A stretch of DNA of 64,000 bases, taken from an uncultured Acidobacteriota bacterium (GTDB lineage Bacteria; Acidobacteriota; Terriglobia; Terriglobales; Acidobacteriaceae). Positions 50,292-58,374 of this stretch are shown piece after piece. The notes under the pieces were generated by a model, which was given only the letters and a program-made list of their open reading frames with translations, ran no database searches and was not told the origin of the DNA. The stretch's first letter is position 1. Every line of letters starts with the position of its first letter. The stretch is taken from the NCBI GenBank assembly GCA_963807095.1, contig CAWEAF010000005.1, positions 13,681 to 77,680 on the forward strand. The letters run 5' to 3'. A program made the translations under genes and the position numbers.

Positions 50292-51572
50292 ATGAATAAG
50301 AAGCTCAGTGTAGCCTCGATTAACTTTCCATTTTCGGAGCCCAGCGTTAACTTGATGGCCCTCGACAGCGACAAGGCATTGTTCGATTTTGACGTTGTTA
50401 TTATTCGCCCTTCGGAGTTCGGAGGTATCAACGGCAAACTGACATCGTACGAGCACCATCGTTCAGTTATGCAGAAGAAGAGAAGAGAGCTGATGATTCT
50501 GCTCGCTCAGGGAGGTGTCCTTGTTATCATCCTGGATATCCCCGACGTCTATTCTGCCGAGGGTGGCCATTGGCGTAGCACCTACACAGTTTCTGTCAAC
50601 AACTATGAGTTCTTAGATGGGAAACTAGCAGGTTGCCTGCAAGAAGGAACCGGGAGTCGAATTTACTATAAGAATGCGGCAGAGCCATTCGCCACGGTGC
50701 TTAAGAAGAGCGTTGTGGCTTGGACTTCTTACGTGACGAAGTTGCCGGACACGGAGCTAAGAGGCTTGAAGTTCTTTGCTAGTGCCGGACCTGCCGGGGC
50801 GCTAGCGGGGAAGATGGCTTACAAAGAAGGTCATCTCATACTCTTACCCAACTTGAGCCGTCTAGATGAGAAGTCATTCTTCGAAGCGTGTGCCGAGTAT
50901 CGTTTCAAGCGACAAGGAACTACTCCCCCAGACTGGGCCGGAAAAGTTCCTGTTCCGGGCCTCCTGCCGATTGAAGCAGCCATTGCGGATCTGGATAAGC
51001 GCATTGGAGCTCTGCAGAATGAGCGACAACTGCAGACCGTAGAACTGGAGAGGAAAACGGCATATCGGAAGCTGCTATACGAAAAAGGTAAACCGCAACT
51101 AGAGCCTATAGTCCTAAGAGCGTTGGACGATTTGGATTTCGGGGCCACTCCCGGTGAAGTAGTCGCGGGGATACACGAAATTGACGGTCGAACGAGCACA
51201 GGGTCAACGACAGGAATAGTGGAGGTCAAAGGATCAAAGAACCAAATCGCGCAGAGTGAGTTTTCTCCGTTTGTTACAAAGATTCATGCCGAAGCGGAGG
51301 TCTCCAAGAAATACAGCAAGGGCATTCTGGTGGGGAATGGACTCTGCGAAACTGAACCCGGCACAAGGCTCGGTGATTCTGTATTTACACGGCACGTCCT
51401 TGACGGCGCAAGAATAAGCTCCGTTGCGCTAATCAATTCTGTTGAGCTGTACTGGCTCTGTTGTGCGATGTTGAGAGGAGATGCGGTGGATAAGAGCACA
51501 GTTCGTGAAGCGATTTTGACCACCAGCGGATACGTGGATTTAAAACCTTTTTGCGGTGCGCCGCTGTTCTGA
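50292..51572 (+). CDS. Orphan 426-aa protein: unknown alpha/beta N-domain, central coiled coil, C-terminal Mrr-like PD-(D/E)xK nuclease-like module
   Basis: Intact ORF in the low-GC islet. The coiled coil is IADLDKRIGALQNERQLQTVELERKTAYRKLLYEKG. The C-terminal pattern is LEPIVLRALDDLDF..HEIDG..GIVEVKGSKNQI..KGILVGNG..VFT..VALINSVELYWL. This follows the D...(E/Q)xK, KG-hydrophobic-V, F(T/S) and I-LI order of Mrr-type restriction endonuclease domains. Confidence 0.65.
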   Translation: MNKKLSVASINFPFSEPSVNLMALDSDKALFDFDVVIIRPSEFGGINGKLTSYEHHRSVMQKKRRELMILLAQGGVLVIILDIPDVYSAEGGHWRSTYTVSVNNYEFLDGKLAGCLQEGTGSRIYYKNAAEPFATVLKKSVVAWTSYVTKLPDTELRGLKFFASAGPAGALAGKMAYKEGHLILLPNLSRLDEKSFFEACAEYRFKRQGTTPPDWAGKVPVPGLLPIEAAIADLDKRIGALQNERQLQTVELERKTAYRKLLYEKGKPQLEPIVLRALDDLDFGATPGEVVAGIHEIDGRTSTGSTTGIVEVKGSKNQIAQSEFSPFVTKIHAEAEVSKKYSKGILVGNGLCETEPGTRLGDSVFTRHVLDGARISSVALINSVELYWLCCAMLRGDAVDKSTVREAILTTSGYVDLKPFCGAPLF

Positions 51573-51595
51573 TTCCATACCGCCTAGGTCGTTTC

Positions 51596-52198
51596 TCACT
51601 GGCTAGAAGTCCTTTTCACAAGGTCCACCAAATAAGCTGCAACCCGCTTTCCTATAAAAGAGGAGAAATCCCTTTTGTCTGACAATGCTCTCGCGAGCAC
51701 GCCATTCATTGTTTTGTCATCGTCGGATTGTTGTATTCTCTCCAACAGTTGGTTTCTTAAAGGATCTGCAATTCGCAACAAACTCACCATTTGGTCTTGG
51801 TAGTCCTTGGTCTTTTCTTCCTTTGCGAATGAAAGCGAGATAAGCCTTATCTGTTTTTGGGGATTATCGGAGTCAGGTGCAGCTTGGGCGTTACCATAGG
51901 AGTCGTTAAGCTGAGTCATTAGCATTTCCCATGAGTCCGTCTTGTCGTAGATTTGTTTCGCAATCATGGGAAGCATCGACGCTGCAAATTGCCTAGTCGC
52001 ATTATCGGCTTGTCTTTTAGCGGCCTTCCGATCCTTTTCCAATGCCGCGATTTTCGTAGTATTTCCTGCGGATCGTCGTATTTCTTGGTCTATTAGCGCC
52101 AGTCGCCCATTGGCAGAGCTAGCAAGAACAGACAGGGAATCTAGTTTTGCTGCTTGCCAAGCCTCTTCGTCATGCAGTTGTCTTGTCCGCCGAATCAT
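51596..52198 (-). CDS. All-helical/coiled-coil 200-aa hypothetical protein
   Basis: Convergent with the 426-aa gene (23 bp between stops). It is K/E/Q/D-rich and helical (KIAALEKDRKAAKRQADNATRQFAASMLPMIAKQIYDK). I recognise no known motif. Confidence 0.5.
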   Translation of the reverse strand: MIRRTRQLHDEEAWQAAKLDSLSVLASSANGRLALIDQEIRRSAGNTTKIAALEKDRKAAKRQADNATRQFAASMLPMIAKQIYDKTDSWEMLMTQLNDSYGNAQAAPDSDNPQKQIRLISLSFAKEEKTKDYQDQMVSLLRIADPLRNQLLERIQQSDDDKTMNGVLARALSDKRDFSSFIGKRVAAYLVDLVKRTSSQ

Positions 52199-52415
52199 GA
52201 GTTTCGCGGTCTCTGCTCATCATCCATAATTCTCCGCACATGAGCGTGGTCAGCAGAAGGATTGAAGTTACTTTCACATATCGCGGCGGTTTTTCAAAAA
52301 AGGTCGGCACGGCTGCAGCCAGGAGTCCCATTATGGCAATGAACACTCCCGGACAAAACGGCCAATGTAGGCAGGTTGGCCAGTGAACGAAGCAGAGCAT
52401 AGGAGATACCTCCAC
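52170..52415 (-). CDS. 81-aa two-TM peptide overlapping the start of the 200-aa gene by 29 nt (possibly its frameshifted N-terminus)
   Basis: The hydrophobic segments are PGVFIAIMGLLAAAVPTFF and VTSILLLTTLMCGELWMM. It ends 29 nt inside the downstream ORF in a different frame. Confidence 0.4.
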   Translation of the reverse strand: MEVSPMLCFVHWPTCLHWPFCPGVFIAIMGLLAAAVPTFFEKPPRYVKVTSILLLTTLMCGELWMMSRDRETHDSADKTTA

Positions 52416-52586
52416 AAGGTCGGGAGGGAATCCGACATCGGAAGGCTACCCCTTCGACGGATATTTGAAAAGAGGTTGATCCGCTGCACTCCTGGAACAG
52501 TACCGCGAGAGGGCGCGGGCACATTTTCCGAGAAATGTTGTGCTAATTTGTGCTACAAACCCTTCATTCATGCTTTTCCTTTGGGC

Positions 52587-52664
52587 GGTGGCGCACCCTT
52601 TCAACCTAGCACAAAATCAGGGTGGCCCATCCTTTGCGTTTTTTTTTGCAAAGGGTGGGCATTC
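52587..52664. repeat. REP element (copy 1), left inverted repeat of the RAYT cassette
   Basis: ggtggcgcaccctttcaacctagcacaaaatcagggtggcccatcctttgcgtttttttttgcaaagggtgggcattc. Internal hairpin 52625-52660. It is a near-exact reverse complement of 53222..53297. Confidence 0.7.
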
Positions 52665-52691
52665 GATGATCCGTCTCCGTGGTGGCTGAAG

Positions 52692-53146
52692 CTAATTGAC
52701 AGCTCGAATCTTCATCACCGCTGCCGGCCACTGATTGATCTTCACCGCGCCGACCTCTTCGTACGCGTAACTGCGATAGCTGCTCCAGTCCCCCTGTTCC
52801 GGCTCCAGCACCAGTCCCCGTTTCACCGGATTACGATCCATGTATCGCATGCTTCTCCGCCCGCTTGCGCCCACCCCAGACATTGAAATCGTAAAAACGC
52901 CGCTGCCACACCCGCGAGGGCGTGCCCCGCTCAGGCTCGCTGATCAGCAGATGAATATGCTCTGGCATTACTACGTACCCGACCACCACAAACCGGTAGC
53001 GTTGCCGGACTTCCTCCAGGATCCGGAGAAACAAGTCACGCACGCGCGCCCCGCCAAACCACAAACCACGGCTGCCGGCGATAACAACTGCAGGTCAGAA
53101 AGTGCAGATGATCATTGCCGTAGTAGCGCTTGAGGCCCTTGGGCAT
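52692..53146 (-). mobile_element. REP-associated tyrosine transposase (RAYT, IS200/IS605-like Y1 transposase), decayed: two frameshifts and an internal deletion
   Basis: There are three frame segments: MPKGLKRYYGNDHLHFLTCSCYRRQPWF | ARVRDLFLRILEEVRQRYRFVVVGYVVMPEHIHLLISEPERGTPS..RVWQRRFYDFNVW | RYMDRNPVKRGLVLEPEQGDWSSYRSY. The HUH motif (HIH) and the Y region (RYMDRNPV) are still recognisable. Total length is ~150 aa, against the ~170-190 I expect. Confidence 0.75.
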
Positions 53147-53221
53147 GCTTTTACTGTAAGAGAGTCGAGCTCCGGTTCGCGATGAAAAGTTGAGGCTAAA
53201 ATCCAAAATGGTTAAGAATTG

Positions 53222-53297
53222 GAAATGCCCACCCTTTGCAAAAACCGCAAAGGATGGGCCACCCTGAATCTGTGCTAGGTTGAAAGGGTGCGCCACC
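53222..53297. repeat. REP element (copy 2), right inverted repeat of the RAYT cassette
   Basis: gaaatgcccaccctttgcaaaaaccgcaaaggatgggccaccctgaatctgtgctaggttgaaagggtgcgccacc is the reverse complement of copy 1, apart from the loop and a few bases. Confidence 0.7.
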
Positions 53298-53507
53298 CGC
53301 CATCGCATCGGCCCACCCTCCCGCCAAGAACGCGGGAAGGGGGCAACCAGATCTATAGGTTCTATCCTGGGCAAGGATGGCCAGCCCCTGTTTACAATGT
53401 TTCCATCCCAAATGATCAGGGAGCAATCAAAGACGAGGCGCCGTGAGTTGCCGGCATCATTCCTTGCCCCAGGACTTGGTAGACATGTTTAGTGGTTTGG
53501 AGGACAG

Positions 53508-53774
53508 GTGAAAATCGAAATCGTGCATTGCCCGACATGAACGAACAACAAAGCCAAGGTCACGAGTCTCGTGGCCCTGATCAAGAAGCGTTTGGGTATT
53601 GACGCTGTCCTTAAGCCTGGCAACGTCGGTCAGTTTGAGGTTCTTGCGGATGGCGAGAAAGTTGCCGAGCGCGGGGGAAACTGGTTGACACGGAGCTTTG
53701 GCGCCGGATATCCGGATCTTGACAGCGTGGTCGATCGGATCGAGAAGCGTCGGGCAAGTGACGGAGCGCGATAG
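53508..53774 (+). CDS. SelW/Rdx-family selenoprotein candidate (CxxU redox motif, in-frame TGA at 53538-53540)
   Basis: GGAGG, 4 nt, then GTG 53508. The reading is VKIEIVHCPT-TGA-TNNKAKVTSLVALIKKRLGIDAVLKPGNVGQFEVLADGEKVAERGG.., in frame with track ORF 53571..53774. The beta1-CxxU-alpha1 layout and the G.FEV..DG block are Rdx-family hallmarks. Confidence 0.7.
53558..53576 (+). promoter_or_regulatory. Putative bacterial SECIS hairpin
   Basis: ggtcacg-agtct-cgtggcc: a 7-bp stem (one G:U) with a 5-nt loop containing GU. It starts 17 nt after the in-frame TGA. Confidence 0.45.
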
Positions 53775-53864
53775 GCAGGTCCGTCCTTCTTGTGGCGGCA
53801 GAGAAACCTTCGAGCACAGGCCGAAACGATTGCTACCTCTGCGTTTCAAACCGCACCGGCAACC

Positions 53865-54095
53865 TCACCTGGGCTTGACCAGCTTTGGAGCGGGACCGCT
53901 CAAGTCGACCCGGTACTCCGCATGGAGTTTGTGGATCGCTGCTGGCGTCAGTAGATCGTCCGACACTTCGACTTCGTGCTCGCTAGCGCCATCCACATCG
54001 ATCCGCAGGTGAGAAGGAGCATCCTTCCCACCGGATGTGGGGCGGAAGGTCGCGAGAATCTTGCCCGACCGATCAGCAAAAACCTTCAGCTTCAT
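53865..54095 (-). CDS. Hypothetical 76-aa protein
   Basis: ORF MKLKVFADRSGKILATFRPTSGG.. lies 53 nt downstream of the 93-aa ORF on the same strand. No motif recognised. Confidence 0.4.
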   Translation of the reverse strand: MKLKVFADRSGKILATFRPTSGGKDAPSHLRIDVDGASEHEVEVSDDLLTPAAIHKLHAEYRVDLSGPAPKLVKPR

Positions 54096-54148
54096 TGCAA
54101 CTCCTCAAATCAGAGATTCGAAATTCAGAGCGCTAACCCTGACCACCA

Positions 54149-54430
54149 TCAAGCTCCTGTGCTGAGGTCTCCGAATCCAATGATCGTAAAATTCGAAGTA
54201 CCCGGACCATCGTTGGTCATATCGAAGAAATAGGTGACGCTTAATCCGTCGGAGTTCCGTACTGTGCCATAAGCGGTAACCCTAAGTGTGTTGGCCACAA
54301 TTGGAGGTGGCTCGTTGCTGAGCAGTTGCAGGGGTTCCGCAAATTGAACTCCATGATCGTCTCCCCACCAGAAAGAGGCTCTTCCGCCCGCACCCGGACT
54401 CAGAGTGAAATTGCCTAAATGCCATGCCAT
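54149..54430 (-). CDS. Hypothetical 93-aa beta-rich protein
   Basis: ATG 54430 starts MAWHLGNFTLSPGAGG..LSVTYFFDMTNDGPGTSNFTIIGFG. No motif recognised. Confidence 0.4.
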   Translation of the reverse strand: MAWHLGNFTLSPGAGGRASFWWGDDHGVQFAEPLQLLSNEPPPIVANTLRVTAYGTVRNSDGLSVTYFFDMTNDGPGTSNFTIIGFGDLSTGA

Positions 54431-54813
54431 CTGCGCTCTCCTTGAAAGTGTGTTTTTTCCGGGGTCCCCATTCCCTCGGCGACTGAAGCCGCGCCCTATT
54501 TGCATCCGCTTTCGGATGGGCTGAAGCCCATCCCTTTCAAAACGAATACAGGTCAGTCTGGGTAACGCACTAGACCAGCCAGGGTGGAATCGTACACCGA
54601 AACGCCTCCGTTGGACCAGTTTTCTTCATTCTCTCCACCCCAGGCGGCGCGGGCGCCCAGTGTAGCAGCCTTACACGACGCGGGAGTGCGCGGCCTAACG
54701 TAACTGGTGGGAACGCGAATGTATAACTGCCCGTTGCCGGAATCTTCGTACAATTGATGTCACAACTCCGAGATTCGTCGTTGTCGTAACTTTGTTGTAA
54801 CTAAGGAGAGGTC

Positions 54814-55383
54814 ATGCTGAGCAGATGCGCGAAGGGTCTATTTGTTCTACTTACCGTTGGAATGTTGGCGTCGGCGCAATCGGTGCCAGCTGGAACACGC
54901 ATCACCGTGCGGACCGACTCGCAAATCAATTCCGCCAGTGCCCATGTTGGACAGGCATTTCATGCAAATCTGACCAAAGACCTGGTGGTCAAAGGCAAGA
55001 CTATCGCCAAGGCTGGAGCGCCGGCGAAGGGCAAAGTCACCTACGCCAAGTCCAGTGGACGGTTGCACGATCCTGGGGAGGTCACCATTCGGCTCACGTC
55101 GATTCAATTGGCGAATGGCAAAACGATGCCGGTCTCAACCAGCGGCTTTCGTGCCAAAGGCAAAAGCCATACCAAGAGCAACGTGACCAAAATAGGCGGC
55201 GGCGCCGCAGCCGGCGCACTCATCGGCGGATTGGCCGGCGGTGGGAAGGGTGCCCTGATCGGAACCGCTGCGGGCGCGGGGGCGGGCACCGGCGTGGCAG
55301 CAGCCACGGGCAAAGAAGAGGCTGTGGTCCACGCCGAGACGGCAATCACGTTCACGACTACGGCGGACGCTAAGGCGAAATAG
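54814..55383 (+). CDS. Secreted glycine-zipper protein
   Basis: AAGGAGAGG RBS and the signal MLSRCAKGLFVLLTVGMLASAQ. The C-terminal glycine zipper is GGGAAAGALIGGLAGGGKGALIGTAAGAGAGTGVAAATG. Confidence 0.65.
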   Translation: MLSRCAKGLFVLLTVGMLASAQSVPAGTRITVRTDSQINSASAHVGQAFHANLTKDLVVKGKTIAKAGAPAKGKVTYAKSSGRLHDPGEVTIRLTSIQLANGKTMPVSTSGFRAKGKSHTKSNVTKIGGGAAAGALIGGLAGGGKGALIGTAAGAGAGTGVAAATGKEEAVVHAETAITFTTTADAKAK

Positions 55384-55543
55384 GTCGAGAGGGAAGGGCG
55401 GTCGACATAGTATCGCCGTTGCCCTGATTGACGTTACTAACGTTGCGCGCACCGGCTTTTCCGATAGCTGCCCCAACATTCTCATAGCGGGTGCGACCGT
55501 TAACCGGACGGTGGGCCCGCGTTCCAGTTCAGGACGCGAATCG

Positions 55544-56266
55544 TCATTTCCGGCCGAAGACTTGCTTGAGTAACGTGGTCGTCTGAGCGGCGGGATTCTT
55601 GCGGATCTGTTTTTCCTGTTCTCCGAGCATGTAGAAAAGGCCGTCGAGGGTCTTGCTCACTACATACTTGTCGAGATCGAACTGACCGGCGAGGGTGCTG
55701 CCGCCGGGGGCCCTGTCGATGAACTGGTTATATTGCTGGACGACGCCGACGCGATTCATCGAGCTCTTGACGATTGGCGAAAAGGCAGTGGTGAGATCGG
55801 CGGAGCTGGTTCGCTTGAAATAGTCGGTAGCGGCTGTGTCATTGCCCGTGAGGATGTGGCGGGCGTCATCGAAGGTCATCTTCTTCAGCGCAGCCAGAAA
55901 GATTTGCTTGGCTTGGGGAGTTGCCTGCTCGGCGGCGCGGTTCATGCCAACTTCCAGTTCGTCGATCTTCGCACCCATACCCAGCATGCGCATGCCCCTG
56001 CCCACGGTTTCGAACTTCGGCGGCAACAGGATCTTGATGGCCTGATTTTTGAGAAAGCCATCCGGTCTACCAGTGAGGGCGACGGCTTTGCCGGTGCTGA
56101 GCTGGAGAGCTTCCTTCAGCCCGGCAATGATTTTGTCGTCGCTCAGGCTGGCGGTATCGCGTTGAGTAATGGCGGCACCAGCCTTCTTGAGGATGTCGTC
56201 CAGTTGGGCGGCGCTATAGGTGGAGAAACAAAGGGTGAGAACGATGCTGAGCAGAGCAGGGCGCAT
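55544..56266 (-). CDS. DUF4197 domain protein (secreted)
   Basis: It has a signal, then IAGLKEALQLSTGKAVALTGRPDGFLKNQAIKILLP..ILTGNDTAATDYFKR.., which matches my recollection of DUF4197. Confidence 0.7.
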   Translation of the reverse strand: MRPALLSIVLTLCFSTYSAAQLDDILKKAGAAITQRDTASLSDDKIIAGLKEALQLSTGKAVALTGRPDGFLKNQAIKILLPPKFETVGRGMRMLGMGAKIDELEVGMNRAAEQATPQAKQIFLAALKKMTFDDARHILTGNDTAATDYFKRTSSADLTTAFSPIVKSSMNRVGVVQQYNQFIDRAPGGSTLAGQFDLDKYVVSKTLDGLFYMLGEQEKQIRKNPAAQTTTLLKQVFGRK

Positions 56267-56409
56267 GATACTCCTCGCTAGGTAGAGGTTCGACGCCCGA
56301 TTCTAGCGCAGAAGGGAATAGAGGTCTGTGAGCAGAAGGGCTTGATCCTCGGTTCCCGTTGAACGCCAGCTCGAGTGCGGGTGCCAGGGGAAGAGGGAGT
56401 TGCAGACAA

Positions 56410-58374
56410 TTAGTGAGGAGTTTGCAGGCGGGCGTGGTAACCTTCGCGCGCGCGAACGTGCAGCGTTTGGCCTTTTCGGCGCGTCGTAATCCGGATACTG
56501 CGATAGCTCCCGTTAGGCTGGAAATTCGCGGGTACATACGCGATGAAGTAGCGGCTACGAATCGAGTCGTGCAGCTTGTCGAAAGCCTTGCCTATGCTGG
56601 ATACATCGTAGGGGAACATCGCCTCACCCCCACTGCGCTCAGCAAGCACTTCCAAAACCCTGTCGGCATCGGTTTTGTCTCCAACGTCCTCACGGGTGCT
56701 TACAGTGTAGACGGTCACCCCGGTCTGTTCCTCGGTTTGGACGGTCTGCTTCAGAGTCTTGTGGCTGGAATTGTCCTCTCCGTCGCTGAGGACGACGACA
56801 ACTCTGGCGACCCGGTCTTCATCGGGATACTGCGCGAGTTTCCAGCAGGCGGACGAAACGGCGTCGAACAGCGCCGTTCCTCCCGCATTCCCAAGCTGCT
56901 CGATTCCCTTGGAAAGCTCCGTTCGGTCCCCGGTGAAATCCTGCGTCACCGTGGTTTCGGTCGAAAAACCGGCGATAAACGCCAGGTCAGCTGAGCCGCT
57001 CAGCATTTTCTGCACAAATTTGATCGCCGCCTGCTTCTCAAACGAGAAGCGATCATTAACCGAACCGCTGGTGTCAATCAAAAGAGCCAGACGCAGCGGG
57101 AGTTTCGACTGCGGAGTAAATTCCACAATTTTCTCGGGAGGTTTGTTGTCATCGAGGATCCGGACGTCAGATGCCTCGAGATCGTTCACCATATGTCCGT
57201 GGCTGCTGGCGGCAAAGAAGAGTGCAACCTGATCCACGTCTTTGCGAAAGGTCCAGGGATGATGCGTTTCGAGTGGAGAAGGCGCCGACGCAGCGGATTT
57301 CAGCCGGGAATCGGCCCTCATGGGTGCGTTGTCGGCCACTTTGTCGCAGGTGACGCATGCTGAGTCGTTCGGGTCATCAAGCGAGCTCAACTGGGCCTTT
57401 AGTCTGTCGCTATTCGGGAAGGTTTGCACGCGCGGCGGATTCGACAGGGCGCCGGTCTGCTGCAGATTGCCGGTGTTCGCAGCGTGGAGCAGTACTTCCT
57501 TGTTATGGGCGAGAATGGCGAGATTGTTCCGAGCGGAAGGAGCGAGCGCATTGGATGGGTCTTCAGTAATAAGGAAGTTCAGTTCACGCTCCATCCTTTC
57601 TGAGTCGTGCAGGGACATAGCTGCGATCGCAGCCATGTAGTGCACATTGGCCCAGCCTTTGTGATCGAGCGTGTGTACGCGAGAAGACGTATCGAGGGCC
57701 TGCTGGAATTGCTGGTTTTGATCCTCTGCGTATGTGAGAGAGGAAAGGACAGCCGCATCCTTGGGACGGAGCGCTGCTGCTCTTTCAAAATATCTTTGAG
57801 CGGAGGAAAAGTCTTTTTCCGCCAGGGACAGACGGCCGAGATTTAAAAAGGAGCCCGAGGATTTATCGTCCAGATGGGCAGCGGTTTCAAACTCCGTCTT
57901 GGCACGCCCGGTGTCATCCTGATCAAGGTAAGCCAGTCCCAGGCAGATGTGGGCGGCAACAAATTTCGGATAATGAGCGATCGCTTTTTGCAAATACTCG
58001 CTGGCTTCTTTTGATTTTTGCGACTTCATCAATGTGACAGCCCGGTTGTACTGCTGGATCGAACTATTCGGCGCGTCCAGGTCGAGCGCCGATACCAGTC
58101 CGGAGTCGACCAGTCCTTTTCTCCTCTCCTGTTCTATTTCGGTCCTCTTCGCATCCCGCGCCTGCTGATCGAGATACATTTGCGTGTAGTCCGCCAAGCC
58201 CATCATGTCCGGACCCGTGGTCATCTGACCTGCAGGACCGATATTGGTGAACGACGGTATCTCACCGCCACCACGTTGGGCCAGCGAGAGGATGGGGCTC
58301 ACCAGCAACGCTGCCAGCACATATCGGAACGCAGTTCTCAGGAGGTCGAAGGGAGCACGAGGGGCAGACTTCAC
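56410..58374 (-). CDS. TPR + VWA protein (VWFA-related acidobacterial-type domain)
   Basis: The N-terminal TPRs include AIAHYPKFVAAHICLGLAYLDQDDTGRAKTEFETAAHLD. The C-terminal part reads FRKDVDQVALFFAASSHGHMVNDLEASDVRILDDNKP, then the VWA MIDAS-like block LALLIDTSGSVNDRF..VVVLSDGEDNSS. Confidence 0.8.
   Translation of the reverse strand: MKSAPRAPFDLLRTAFRYVLAALLVSPILSLAQRGGGEIPSFTNIGPAGQMTTGPDMMGLADYTQMYLDQQARDAKRTEIEQERRKGLVDSGLVSALDLDAPNSSIQQYNRAVTLMKSQKSKEASEYLQKAIAHYPKFVAAHICLGLAYLDQDDTGRAKTEFETAAHLDDKSSGSFLNLGRLSLAEKDFSSAQRYFERAAALRPKDAAVLSSLTYAEDQNQQFQQALDTSSRVHTLDHKGWANVHYMAAIAAMSLHDSERMERELNFLITEDPSNALAPSARNNLAILAHNKEVLLHAANTGNLQQTGALSNPPRVQTFPNSDRLKAQLSSLDDPNDSACVTCDKVADNAPMRADSRLKSAASAPSPLETHHPWTFRKDVDQVALFFAASSHGHMVNDLEASDVRILDDNKPPEKIVEFTPQSKLPLRLALLIDTSGSVNDRFSFEKQAAIKFVQKMLSGSADLAFIAGFSTETTVTQDFTGDRTELSKGIEQLGNAGGTALFDAVSSACWKLAQYPDEDRVARVVVVLSDGEDNSSHKTLKQTVQTEEQTGVTVYTVSTREDVGDKTDADRVLEVLAERSGGEAMFPYDVSSIGKAFDKLHDSIRSRYFIAYVPANFQPNGSYRSIRITTRRKGQTLHVRAREGYHARLQTPH

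Noticed and set aside
52383-52886. 167-aa + strand ORF and the 53196..53426 / 53036..53374 N-terminal extensions reading ..GAPFQPSTKSGWPILC..FCKGWAF..
   Set aside because: These peptides are translations through the REP elements. The same nucleotide repeat occurs in both orientations, so they are not genes.
54553-54753. 66-aa minus-strand ORF (MYEDSGNGQLYIRVPTSY..).
   Set aside because: It has no RBS, no motif and no partner evidence, so it could be chance. I left it unannotated.
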